64,000 nucleotides of DNA from Syncephalis fuscata S228. Lineage: Eukaryota > Fungi > Zoopagomycota. Shown piece after piece: positions 40,719 through 54,172 of this stretch. Numbering within the stretch: position 1 is the stretch's first letter; each line of letters starts with the position of its first letter. The stretch spans positions 248,001 through 312,000 of the forward strand of contig JAHLTZ010000011.1 of the NCBI GenBank assembly GCA_025786725.1. The letters are read 5' to 3'. Made by a program: the position numbers and the translations under genes. The notes below the pieces were generated by a model. It did no database searches. It was not told the DNA's origin and was given only the letters and a program-made list of their open reading frames with translations.

Positions 40719-41346
40719 CATTTAATTTTTTGGAACATTTGAGGCTGATTATTGTTGTTGGCCATGTGTAGAAAGATTAATCGAATATCAATAAAAGTCA
40801 TTAATCACAATTTTATATTGTTTCGCAGTTATTATTGTTGTTACTACGTACATTGTGGCTTCTTTGCGTCTAAATAGTCTCTTCTATTTTCTAATCTTCT
40901 ACTGTTGCATTTTGGGCATATTTACGATTTAAGATACTCATCTATGGTGACAAGAAGATAGAAAGACTGGCGTTTCTGATGTTCACCATTCTCTTGAGCA
41001 TTTTTGATATCAACTTGGTAGGTGCAGATTATTTGCCAACCATTGATGAAGCAAATAACTTCCATCATATGCAATAATGATAGGTTGGCTGTCTTTACCA
41101 GGAAGACCTTGTGGTGACAGTTGTAGTCAGAATATACGGCATGCCGTTGAGGTTACTTAAACAGGTGTTGATGTAAATAAAAGAAATAAAGACTAGGGAT
41201 TAAATAGTGTTTTTATTGATGTTCAAATACGCATGCTATTTATATCGTTATATTTGGCATTATCAGATAATATATTACTGAATAGAACAATAAGATAGCA
41301 ATAGTAAAAAAACGGTGAAATGAGTAAATAAAGATGTGGGAGTCAA
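40719..41346 (-). pseudogene. Decayed TnpB/Fanzor-like C-terminal fragment, copy 2
   Basis: Minus strand LLVTIDEYLKS*ICPKCNSRRLEN...CETI*NCD...IFLHMANNNNQPQMF. Diverged direct repeat of 32541-33164. Confidence 0.6.
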
Positions 41347-42106
41347 AATACAGTAGAAACATTAAAGCCATTTAATACTAAAGTTGTTGCTATAAAACAT
41401 ACTACCAATAAATTACTGAGTGTAATAGAAAATGCAATCAAGCCAATGTTTTTTAAAGACAAGTGTGGCTATAGAAGGTGTTATTGTTAAAATAATGAAA
41501 TATAATTATATTCTAGAAGATAAAGCAATAGATCAATAGTTTATATGAATGGATAAATAGTGCGATGTTAATGCCAGCAGAAACATGTACTATATATTCA
41601 GTACAATGGCCAGTGGTAAACCAAGGCCTTCTGGTTTCTTACCGCCTATTATTATAAGAAATAAAACTAATACTGTTGCATCAACATCATAATTAAATGT
41701 AATATTCTATTGTAAGTAGAATGAAATACTATTTAACATTTATTAGCACTGACCTTGGATATTGAAAATAGTGCTGATTAATTGACACTGATTAATTCAA
41801 TCGGAGTTGATATGATACTACTTCAATAAATACCACTTCTTAGTAGTAAAAACTGATTGACAATTTATTATTCAAATTATTGATCTTTTTATCCTAGTTT
41901 GAATTTAAAGAGTCAAAGTACAATAGCTCCTTCTTTAAATAATTTCTCTTATTTCTGACATCAAATGACTAACTACATTGTATATTTGATTATTGTGACT
42001 ATTCACTGTCGATCATATGACACCTGATTTTCTACTAAATCTTGATCTAAGGATCAATTAGCATCAGTATTTACATCACCACATCTTTTTCTTATAACTT
42101 TCCGCT

Positions 42107-43013
42107 ATGAGCAACGACACCTGGTCACCCACGCTATACCAAAAGCATGCTGGCTTTGTAGCTCGCGAAACACAAAGAATCGTTTCGTTGCTTGAGCTTA
42201 AGCCCAGTGATACTCTGCTCGATGTAGGCTGTGGTGATGGTGTACTAACCTTGGAGTTACAAAAAGCATGTAACCGCGTGGTTGGCATCGACTCTAGTGC
42301 TCGTATGATAGAGTCTGCCCAGCAACTCGGCATTATGGATGCTCGCGTTGCAGAGCTTACAAATCCCACGATTGTTGCCGACGACGACATTGGCCAGTTT
42401 GACAAAATATTTTCCAATGCTTGTATGTCTATTATAGCACATCTATCTATCTACGTACTAATAAAACCTTGCTATACACAGGTTTCCACTGGATTAAGCA
42501 GAAAGATCAATCAAAACTGATTAATAATCTATGGGAATATCTCAAACCAAGTGGACGATTAGTATTTGAAATGGGTGGCCATCAAAATATTGCTGGTGCG
42601 TTCTAATAATATTATACCAAGCTATGACTTGCTTATTACTTACTAATCGATTAGCACTACATATGGCCCTGATCGACACCTTGAACGATATGGGCCATGA
42701 TGGCGAAGCTTATTCACCATGGTACTTCCCAACTGCCGAAACTTATACCGCGCTGCTAGAAACACATGGATTTCATGTCTTACATAGCGAGCTAGAACCA
42801 GCAATTCGACACTGTCCACCGGGTGAATCAATTGGTGGCTGGATAGACACGTTTGCGGCATCGTTCTACAGTGCATGTCGCGACGATGCTGAACGGCAAG
42901 AATTCCGCAACCGATGCATTGAACGCCTTAGACCAGTGCTTCAAGACGAGCATGGTCACTGGCATATCGTTTATGTTCGTCTGCGCATTGTGGCAGAAAA
43001 GCAGTCTAAATAA
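42107..43013 (+). CDS. Class I SAM-dependent small-molecule methyltransferase (trans-aconitate methyltransferase-like)
   Basis: WSPTLYQKHAGFV, LLDVGCGDGVLT, GIDSS, FDKIFSNA..HWI, LKPSGRLVFEMGGHQNI, SPWYFPT, YVRLRIVAEK. Two introns. Confidence 0.88.
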
Positions 43014-43341
43014 TAATTGGCAATTATCATATATATATATATATTATATTATATAGCAAGTGTTTTATAATGGTGTTTAAATGATGATTTATTATAATTT
43101 AAATTCAATATGCTTAACAACGTAAATATTTATAGATTAAATTCAGACTCAGATATTACGAAAAAGACACAGCGATATCTGAGCACAACACTCGTTACGT
43201 ATAATATCACGTGACCGATATTCTCCAATTAGCGTCATCCAACACTTCACACCGCGAATAGAAATAATCCCTAGCAAGATATTCACGCTATTAACAACAC
43301 CAGCGCTACTACACCTATTCCCTTTCAACTGTTTCGTCATC

Positions 43342-45170
43342 ATGGTTCGTTTTAATCTACCAAAGCGATGGCTACTGGCCACACTGGCACTCGCATATAC
43401 CAGCTGTGTAGTGGCTAAATCTTCTTCTGGAGACTCTGTATTAGTACTACTCAATGAAGTTGGAGAGGAGAAGCAGTTCTCCGAGTTCTTTGGTGGTCTT
43501 CAAGGTAAGACGACGCCTGTCATGTAATAGTGGTTGTCACATATTTACTTATCTACAATAATACAACTAGAGCGTGGCTTTAATTTAAAATACGAGACAC
43601 CGTTGGCCGAAATAACTGATTTGGAATTAATACGATTTGGTGAAAGACGCTACGATCATATTATATTCTTTGCCGATCAAACACTTAGTAGGTTCTAATA
43701 CCGATACGTATATATACACATTCCACTTACATAATAAACAGAGTTCCCCGAACAGTTATCGGCAAAGACATTGATTCAGTTTGTTAATCTTGGCGGCAAT
43801 ATCTTGGTAACAACCGGTCCTAAGATATCAGAAACAGTACGTAATCTTGGTATGCAATTTGGTGTATACTACGAGGAACGCGACACCTTTGTTATCGACC
43901 ATTTCCAGTATGATCGTGCACTCGATAAAGATGGCCGCCATACGGTATTGGCCATGACACAGCCATTGGCGACAGCATCACTACCTACTGGTCTTGGCCG
44001 TTACTTTAATTTTGACGCATCAACACCAGTACTCTACCAAGGTATTGGCCACGTCATTTCAGACAATCCAATGGTATCAACTGTATTATCGGCATCTGAT
44101 ACTGCCTACTCGTCCGATACACAAGATACACAGGTGGTCGACGAAGAACCGATAGCCGTTGGTCATGAAATCGGCCTAGTTAGTGTTTTCCAAGCACGTA
44201 ACAATGCTCGTGTTGCTTTTAGTGGATCACGCCAATTCTTTTCAGATGCGTAAGTATTTTATTCCAAACAATATAGACGATAATCTAATTGGATTAAATA
44301 TAGCTATTTTAAAGCACCAGTTGAATTTGGTTTACCTGGACAGTTACAATCGTAAGTATTATGACCATTATTAAACTTAGTTTATTATTTACTTAATTTG
44401 CTAATCACCAATTTCATAGATTTAAATCAAGTGGTAACAAGGCATTGGCCACTCGATTGACCCAGTGGACTCTACAGGAAATAGGTGTACTACGAGTTAA
44501 CAAAGTACTTCATCATAAATCAGACGAAATTTCATCTAAAACAGCCAGTGCTGAAAACTACCGTATTAAAGATGATGTGGTAAGTATTTTAACAATAATT
44601 AGCTAATTAATTAATTGATAATTAATACTAATTATTTCAAACCATACTTATTAGACTTATCGTATTGATATTTCCGAGTATAATGAAGATCACTGGGAAC
44701 CGTTCAAGACAGATGATATTCAATTGGAAGCCATTATGCTTGATCCATATATTCGCACTAACCTGACTGCCATAACCAATACCAAATCCAAGTCTAAACG
44801 TACTGCCACTACTTATGAAACACAATTCCAATTACCTGATGTATTTGGTGTTTATACACTTCAAATCCTCTATCAACGCCCCGGCTATAGCTGGATTGAG
44901 AATCGCAGTGTCGTGCCAGTGCGACCCTTCCAACACGATGAATATCCACGTTTCTTGACTATAGCCTATCCATATTACACAGGTGCTGCATCAGTTATGG
45001 TAGGATTCTTTGTATTCTGCGCTGTCTGGCTGTACACGGCCCAGGATAAACCCAATACCAATAACAAGAATAAGAATAGCCATACCAGTTCTACTGATAA
45101 TAAATCTACAGCCAAGTCATCATCATCATCATCATCAACAACAACAACAACACAACGTAAATCAAAGTAA
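43342..45170 (+). CDS. WBP1: Oligosaccharyltransferase subunit WBP1/OST48
   Basis: Signal peptide, FVNLGGNILV, VFQARNNARVAFSGS..FFSD, MLDPYIR, FQLPDVFGVYTL..YQRPGY, VRPFQHDEYPRFL, a TM helix and C-terminal KSK. Confidence 0.95.
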
Positions 45171-45195
45171 AATAAAACGAAGTTTATTATTTGCT

Positions 45196-48100
45196 TCATT
45201 TCCAACGAGCATTTAACTTTTTCCTTCGTACCTAAATATTAAGTGTTGGTTAGTTATATGATTACTCTGTTCTTTGTTAATAGTTACCATTGGATTGGCC
45301 ACCATAATACCTAGAGTGAGACCAACAATAGTTAATAAAAGTGCACTCTTGCTGAAATCTTCATTTAGCATATCAAATGTGCCGGATGGCGTGTCACGTG
45401 TGAAATAGATATCAAGTCCATAGGCCACGACTAAAGCGGTGGATTCCATCATGGATGGTGTAGATACAATCTCTTTAATACCCCATAGCTATATAGATGT
45501 AGATAGATTAGTACTTTATAGTAAATAGATTGCTATAACCACTTACCGTTTGATTATACGAAAGAACCCATGATGGATTAAAGGGAATGGCCGGTTCATA
45601 CGGCAATAGTCCTTCTTCTCTATCTGCCTCAGATAATGGATCAGTTGAACGTCGTGCATCAATAAATCGACGTGATATGCCAAATAGTTGACCCGAAGGT
45701 AATGCCACTAATGATCATAGTTACAATAATGAATATACAGGGTCATTTAAATCACACTATCCTACCTAATACTTGTTTTGTTGTAATACCTCGACGTGTT
45801 GTTGTTGCACCAATTGCATCCACACCATACGGTAATGTATACATTTGTGACAACACATAGGGTCGATGTGGATTAAAAGATGAAAATACCTCACTATAAT
45901 AACATTGTATATCAATAAGTATTGTCATCTACACTCTACTAGGCTTACCTTTCAACGCGAACATCTTCGAGTATACTCTCGTACAGTTCTAATACAATGG
46001 CTTGGTATCCTTTAGTCACACCTGTTCGTCCATTACCCCGTCCACTATAAGTGATAACAAGCCAGTTTTCTGATAATACCATATGTACTGGATGGAGTGC
46101 ATCCACTACTACATCGTTATAGAATGTTTGATGCAGTATAGTACCGCTAACTGTATCTACTAGATAGACATAGAGACGATCACCGGTTGCGTCATCCTTT
46201 TTAACAGCAGCAATGCCGATCAAATTTGGATTAAGATATTTAAATAGTACAGATCGATCACCTAATGTCTTGCCAATGGATGCCGTTGGATCTATAATAG
46301 GTTATTAGAATTACTATTTAATATGTAATGTCTATTGTTCTTACCATAAATTGAATGTTGAGCCGTTGCAATAATATGCAAGTCATCTGGCAATAATAGA
46401 CTCCATGTCTCCTTTGTTGCCAATGACTATATAAAGTTAGTATTTAATTACTATTATTATTGCTACAACTTACTGATGGCAAATGATCTTGATTCGCCGC
46501 TAATTGATGGCCACTTAATCGACTGGATGATAGTTGTAATCCATGGGCAAATACTAATTGATTTGCATGTCCCAGTAATTGTTGACGTGCCTCTGGCATA
46601 TTAGGCCATAAGTGTATTTCATATTGATCATCCAATAGAGCAAGTAATTGGATATGTTCTGGATGAGATGTTTCCTGTGGTAGTCGGTAGATCTTTAAAG
46701 GATCAAATGAAAAGGTGGATAAGGTAACAATATTTGATGGTGCACTATAATCTTGTCCAGTAAGAGCATCAATACACAAAATGGTAGTTTCTGGTGTCTA
46801 TAAATAACGTATTATTAGTGTTATTTTAACATTAATTGCGTATTTTGTTTACCTTTTGGTGATATTTAGTTACTACTAAGGCTAATAGAGGTGGATATTT
46901 GACAATGGTTGAACGAACATGATACATGCCATGGATCTTAATCTTATCTAATCCTGAACTACCTTGGAATCGCGACCAAATAACTCGACCTTTATGGGAT
47001 GTGTCTAGTGCAACTAACTTGCCTGAACGAGTGACAAATACTAATAATTTACGTAGACCAAATGTATCTTTACGTAATGGACGTGTAGTACTATTATCGC
47101 TGTTCTCCAAAGACTCATTAGAACTATTGGTCGTAGCTGTATCGCTGCTATTTATCAAATTACGCAAATAACGCTAATATTATATCAACAAGAGTTAGTT
47201 AACGGCTTTAATCAATTTATTTGACTTACAATTAACTTGTCTGTATGTGTTGTTACACGTCGGGTAAAACGTTGTATACTTGAAATATGCTCTGATAACT
47301 CGACCGGTTCCTCTATCAATATACAATAAATATTTGCTGCTTTATTCACTACTATTGACCACTTACCGAGTTCATCGTGTTCCCATGATACAAGATTATT
47401 TTCAGGTAAATCAATAGGCTCCATTGATACTATATCAGCTAGTGATTCTTCACGTGTCCATACATGTTTTGTATCTCTTAATAAATGAATAGAGCCGTCG
47501 GCAGTTGTGGTTAGTGTACGTATGGCCATAATTTCATTCTGGTCATTGGTGGCTGCTTCAAAGATTGCCTAGTAGTATAGTTGGTGATCGTGTTTAATAA
47601 TAAGCAAGAGTCAGTGCTATAAAACTTACATTCGCCAATGGACCAGTAGACTTTAATGAAAATGACACTTTAGACGAAAATGCCGAGACTTCTGGTTGAC
47701 GTAGATTATAGACATTGACATCTACATTATTCTAATGTATTATAATATATATATATTAGCAAGTATTATAATCATTATGCGGTATTAACATACTTCATCT
47801 TCTGTAGCGGATAAACGGGCAACTAATAGTTGTTTTTGATTATCTGTATGTACATGACCAAACACTGATGGATCTATATAATATTCATTTAAAATGGCGT
47901 ACTATAAACATATATCATTAATTACCCGACTATTATATTCTACTGTTTTGACAAGTTTATCATCTTGCAAGGTAATCAAATAAGTGTAATACTGATCCAA
48001 TGTCAGGGTACGTGCTGTAACAGAGATGACCTGACTGTTCTCGGAGAATGCTTGTACATTGATCTCAACATCTTTTTCAAACTAAAAATTACAATAAATA

Positions 48101-49238
48101 TATTTACATAGCCATGATACTATAATAGATTACCTTTAATGACAGTGAAATAGACTTGTTATTGGTTATTGACTGGGCATAAAGTGTCCATCCACGTGGT
48201 TTACTTGACTTTTCAATCCACATTCCATAATACAAAGTACTATCCATGGCTTGAATCCAAGTAATAGTAGAATCCACCGTAGATTTTAACGATGTATTGG
48301 CGGTATTCGCTTTACCGGATACTGCATCAACATCTATTACTATTGGCTTTGATTTACTCGATTGACCAGTGACATGTAATTGATCGTTATTTGTAATTAT
48401 AACATTTTGATAACAATCAGTATCGCTGTTTATAGAGTGTTAATAGTCATGTTACCCATTACTACGTTATTACCTTATTTTCAATTCAGTCTGCCATAGT
48501 TTCTTGCCATCTTTGGCCGAGAAACGCGTTAAATGTTTACATTCGGTCAAAAGAATAACATCGCCATTAGGAGTAAATACGATATCGGCCGATGAGTGGC
48601 CAGTAGATACAGTTCGTGTATAAACATATTCCCAGACTAAAAATGACGATTTTACATCCCAAACACGTAGTAAACTAATTTTATCCGTTGATGAAACTGT
48701 AGCAATATCTATTATGTTATAGCCGCTTATTAGTAATAAATATTTATAAATATCTATATTATTCAATATTTACATTCTCCTAAGGCGCGACATGTATGAT
48801 TGGCAACGATGGTACCTGTGCCATGATTCAGATTATGACGCCAAACTATTATAGTCTTATTAGTGTCGTATTTGTCTATTCGTATATTAAAGCATTTACC
48901 AAGTGTGCCACTACGAGGTTGGACAGAGGCAAGAATACCTCGGTCAGTTAACAGTAGCAATTGACGAGATCGAGTATCAGCACGATGAAAAAACGATTGT
49001 TTTGGTACGCCAATTAGCGGAATATGCCTATTCGATATTGAGTATGTTAGTAATGCTATTGCTGTAGCCATTGCTACTAGCAGCAGTAGGAGTAGTGGAC
49101 CGTGCCATGGCTGCCATCTTACCAGTCATAGAGGCCGGCTTGATCTTCGTAGAGCGCAAGAGCGGGTCCTGGTAGCTGTAGACAGCAACACACCAGTAGA
49201 CATAGGGCGTAAACACGGCCCAGGAGGGAGACGCGCAT
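45196..49238 (-). CDS. EMC1: ER membrane protein complex subunit 1
   Basis: Signal peptide followed by ALYEDQAGLYDW. WTREESLA, DTFGLRKLLVFVT..GKLVALD, LGDRSVLFKYLNPN, MESTALVVAYGLDIYFTR.TPSGTFDMLNEDFSK, and the end RKKLNARWK*. Confidence 0.95.
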
Positions 49239-51644
49239 CTTACGTAGGTTGTTTGCTTGTGTACTGTAGCTGGCGTGTGTAGGTGTGTAAATATACTAGA
49301 ACTAGAACAAAAGCGGTAGTGGTGACGACGTGGCAAGAAAGGAGAGGGATTGGCGTGCAGGTGTATTGTCTCTATAATCAACAATAATCGGTGTAATAAA
49401 ATGAACTTTAACAAACGTGAAACTGGCATTACATTAACGCAGTATCTTTTACTAAATTGTTATTTGTTTACATGTGACATAGATTGCAGGTAGCATGATT
49501 GGAAATAAAATGCCGATACTACTATATTGTTTGCTTTAACTGTGTATATTTATGAACTAAACACTATGATATTGAGCATAATGATATTTATTAAACATTT
49601 ACAAATGGTATGTTTATTCTGTTAAACTGTATAAATGAGTTGATTGCATATCCTAGTCGATAATACTACAAGAAATAAACAACAATTATTATAAAACAAA
49701 AATAAGTAAATAGAAAATGAAGCGAGATGATTGAGCATAAAAATAAATGCCATTAGAATGGATGAATGACGTAAAAGTGGTTGATATTCTCTAGTCGATA
49801 TAGATTTATAGTCTTTTGCTATATTTTAATATAGTTATCGCAGATATTCGGAATAATGTAATTACGCTTTTGTTTTAATTTTAATTTTTTCTTATACTGA
49901 AGATATAGCTGTGAGTTAAAACTGAGTCATATTGCCCTTGTTAATATATAATAGGATGCCTTACCCATATGCTATGATTTCTATGAGTAGTATTTGGTAT
50001 TACACTGCTATTTCTTTTAATCATAAATTATTATAATTCAAATATTACATGATTTAAAAGCAAATATTACAGATATTAAATTTTCACAAGTATGAATGTT
50101 TACCAATTCAATTTAAAAGAGTAGCTTATTATTAAATGCTATATACTGTCCTTTACTTTATTTCCAACTAGTATTATCATTCCAGTGCATTGGCGTCAGT
50201 TAGATGTTCGCTAAACTCTGTCTAGTTTAGTTTAATTGCAATAATTTACTTTTTGTTCATTAGATTGATGATAGTACCAAATCAATTAATATTTGGGGTA
50301 CAACTATTTTTTTTATTAACCTCTGTTTTAGTTTGTTATTTTGTCAAAAACTTTACTTAATCTATTATCAGAGTTACGTCCAAAAGCATATATTATCAAT
50401 TAGATTTTGAATGATTATTAATTAATATGCGGTCCGTTACCACTGCGCATTCAGCACTGACGTTATTTGTCTGTTACTGTATGATGTGTGTATTTTAGTT
50501 TTAATAAGTGTTGTATGTAATGTAATAAATACAGGTTATTTTACAGTAGAACATTCAATATCACTAATAATTGAGTGAAATAATTACTTAAGATGTTATG
50601 ATGTATTGCACTACAATAGCCCCTATTGCACAACTAATTCTCAGCCAATTCCAATTAGCTATCACATGAAGTGTTGGAGACAGCACAACTGCTGGTATTC
50701 ATATACTTGGGTATAACACATTTGTAAATCTAAACACGGCTTATCCCTGTAAGAATTTCATAGTATTGAATTGAATGTATTTGTGAATCGATTAGTAGTT
50801 TTTATGATTTAGAGTTATGACTGATTTACACACAAAAGTGTATATTTGTACAAAAATGCCATATAATTTTATTTTTTTGGTGCATTAATATTGTGTATGA
50901 TTTGGTTTTATGTAGACATTGAGGCTTGAATCGATGGAAGGGACAGTAAAGTAGTTATTACTTTTTTGTGGATTACAGGCTATATTGTTAAATAAGCAAA
51001 TTGCGTAATAGAATCCAGGCTAATATGTACACCCCTGTAATATACGTATTAAATTACCGGTATTACTATTTCAGATGTCTGAGTAGGCTGGGTTAATTAG
51101 TTGTTTATATAATAACAAGCCATTGGTATATTTGTATATACACAATTCAAATTGTCATGTGAGTGTTGGTATTGATTTCCATTGACGCGCAATCAAATAG
51201 TCAATACAATGCATTTCTTGGCGCTTTAGCATAGTTACAAAGTTGAATACCCATGAAATTCACACAACTAACCAACGCATTATTACAAATATGCCTTATT
51301 TAGTATTTCCTTAAATGCAATACATACATTAATAAATATATTATTAATATCTTTTCCCATCATTAATTATTTGTCAATTATGTTACTAAATCAAGTAATA
51401 AGCTAATGTCCGCTGCTTTATGCATTGATTGGACACTTCCATGACACAATATACGTTAAATAGTCCACAAAATCTGCATAACCAACCAGTGCTATCATCA
51501 CCACACTCTGCTTTCTACCAAGCACTCACTATCATCTACTCTAAACCTTCACTTTCTACTTGCTGGCAATTACACGCTACACTCTACTCCATACTCCCAT
51601 TTGCTACTTCTTGCTCTACTTTGTTTCAACAAGTCAACATCACT

Positions 51645-54172
51645 ATGAAGCTTTCTATTAGTGTCGTCTGCACCCTTCTCGTGACTTTTGTAGCTACTAC
51701 AGCCATGGTGGATGCTAAGCCAGCTCTAGCTCGTCGTGGTATGTTGCTACTTAAATCAATGTGCAAACTGTTATATTTACTAACATTATGTAAAATTAAT
51801 GATAGCTCCAGAAGGTGAGTTGCAATTATGGATTGTTGTTATGGTATTTATTGTATATTTCTATATAGATGATACGGATGTTGTATACATGAGACCAGGC
51901 AGTAAGTTTGTTATAAATCAATAAAGCAAACGTTGGATTTATGATACTAATATGCTAAAATAATGTTAATAGAAGGTAAGTGACATTGTATATTAATTAA
52001 CTATACACTAATCACATTTTATATATTGCGATATTAATATTGGTTTATTAATAGGAGGTAATTAATATACAATATTGATTGACATGTACTGATTACATAT
52101 TGCTTGTTGTGTGCATTAACAAATTAGTATTAGCAGACAGTGAGTGACACTATATATTATGTATTACATGTATTAACAACTTAATGGCAATAGCCTGTAA
52201 GTGGCATTGTATATTAGTTAGATGTATACTAATCACATTTTATTTATTATGTGTATCAACATCTTAATATTAATAGGCAGTAAGTAATACTATATTAATT
52301 GAATGTTTACTGATTGTATGTTACCTATTGTGTATATCAATAACCTGATAATAATAGAATGTAAGTGGTAGAATATACCATTTAGCTATGTACTGATCAC
52401 ATGAAATTTATTGCATGCATCAACGCCTTAATATTAACAGGCCGTAAGTAATAATGTACAATTATCGATCACGCACTAATTGCATTTGACTATTTGTGTC
52501 AACGACTTAATATTAATAGAAGGTAAGCTATATTTTATGACATTAACTAGTTCACAACTAACTGCGTATTATGTATTGTGCATGTTGATAATCTAATATT
52601 TATAGATGGTGGGTAACATTATATACCAATTAGCTATAAATTAATTAAATTCTGTGCTACGTATCAACAACTTAATTTTAACAGAGGGTAAGTGGCATTG
52701 TATGATAATCAACTATGCACTAATTACACTTTTTTATACTTTAAATAACAAATTAATATCGATAGATGGCAAGTGATGCACTATATCAATTGACTACAAA
52801 CTAATCACATGTTCATTATACACCATCAATTAATACTAATAGGCAGTAAGTGGCATTGTATATTAATTGATCATACATTAATTCCATGCTATGTATTGTG
52901 TACACCAATAACTTGATATTAATAGACTGTGAGTTATATTGTATGACAATCAACTATGCACTAATTATATATTTACTATGTGTATCTACAACTTGATACT
53001 AATAGGCAGTAAGCAGCATTGCATATTATCAATAGCTACTAATTACTTGCTATGTATTTTATGTGTAAACTTGATATTAATAGCTAGTAAGTAATACTAT
53101 ATTTCAATCGATTATGCACTAATTACATGTTATATATCGTGTACACTGGTGATTTGATATTCATAGGCTGTAAGTTACATTGTATAGCGATTGATTATGT
53201 ATTAATTGCATGCTATCTATTGATGCATAAATGGCTTGGTTTTAATAGGCAGTAAGTAATACCGTATATTAATTAACTGTGTACTGATCACATGTTATAT
53301 ATCGTGCTATTAATGTTGGACTATTAATAGAAGGTGATTACTAGTGTATAGCAATTGACATGCACTAATTATATAACAATTGTTTATATTGTCTATTTAA
53401 TATTAATAGAGGGTAATTAGTATATAATATCAATTAACTGTGTACTGATCACATTTTATTAATTGTCTATATCAATAAACTGATATTAATAGACCGTAGG
53501 TGATATTATATAATAATTGACTATTCACTAATCACATGTTATATATCATGGCTCCAATAATTCGATATTAATAGAAGGTAATTGATATTGTACAATGATC
53601 AGCATACACTAATTACATGCTATTTGTGTGTACTAACGGTTTAATATTAATAGTTTGTAAGTGATACTGTATATTAATTGGCTATGTACTGCTTACATTT
53701 TATTTATTGTGTCTATTAATAACCTATTATTAATAGTCCGTAAGTGATGTTATATATTAGCTGGTGTGTGCTGATCACATTTTATCTATTGTTTATATCA
53801 ATGGCTTGACATTAATAGCTAGTAAGCAATACTGTATATTAATAGGCTATACACTAATTACATAATTACTCTGTATATCAATGACCTAATGTTAATAGTC
53901 GGTAAGTGTTATTGTATATTGATTGAGTATGCATTAATTACGTGCTCATCGTATGCCTCAACAACCTGATCCTAATAGGCAGTAAGTGATATTACACACT
54001 AATTAATTATTCACTAAGCAAATGTTTGCAATGTATATCAAAAACTTAATATAATAGATCGTAAGTAATATTGTATACTATTGGTTTATACGCTAATCAT
54101 ATTGTATGTATTGCATACATTTGTGGGCATAATGCAACTGGTGCATTTAAAACATTAGGATTGATAATGTAA
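51645..54172 (+). CDS. Micro-exon gene B: secreted Cys-containing peptide precursor, about 76 aa, with 27 exons of 3 nt
   Basis: Exon 1 is 51645-51738, then a 9-nt exon (51806-51814), a 33-nt exon (51869-51901), 27 3-nt exons (51973-54060) and a last exon probably from 54159. Product: MKLSISVVCTLLVTFVATTAMVDAKPALARR-APEDDTDVVYMRPGKGDTCKCQDEDGNCTSCKEDQVFPIGNRLIM*. Exons 2 and 3 and the last acceptor are ambiguous. Confidence 0.8.
51902..54132 (+). repeat. Tandem array of ~81-bp intron+micro-exon units (gene B), same repeat family as gene A
   Basis: Repeated attaaTAG-NNN-GTAAGT with internal (c/t)ACT(a/g)AT motif. Confidence 0.92.

Noticed and set aside
51429-51818. 129-aa ORF (and 34590-34928 at gene A)
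   Set aside because: These span leader sequence. The credible start is the MKLS ATG at 51645 (34855 for gene A), with a donor right after the RR/RRL codons.
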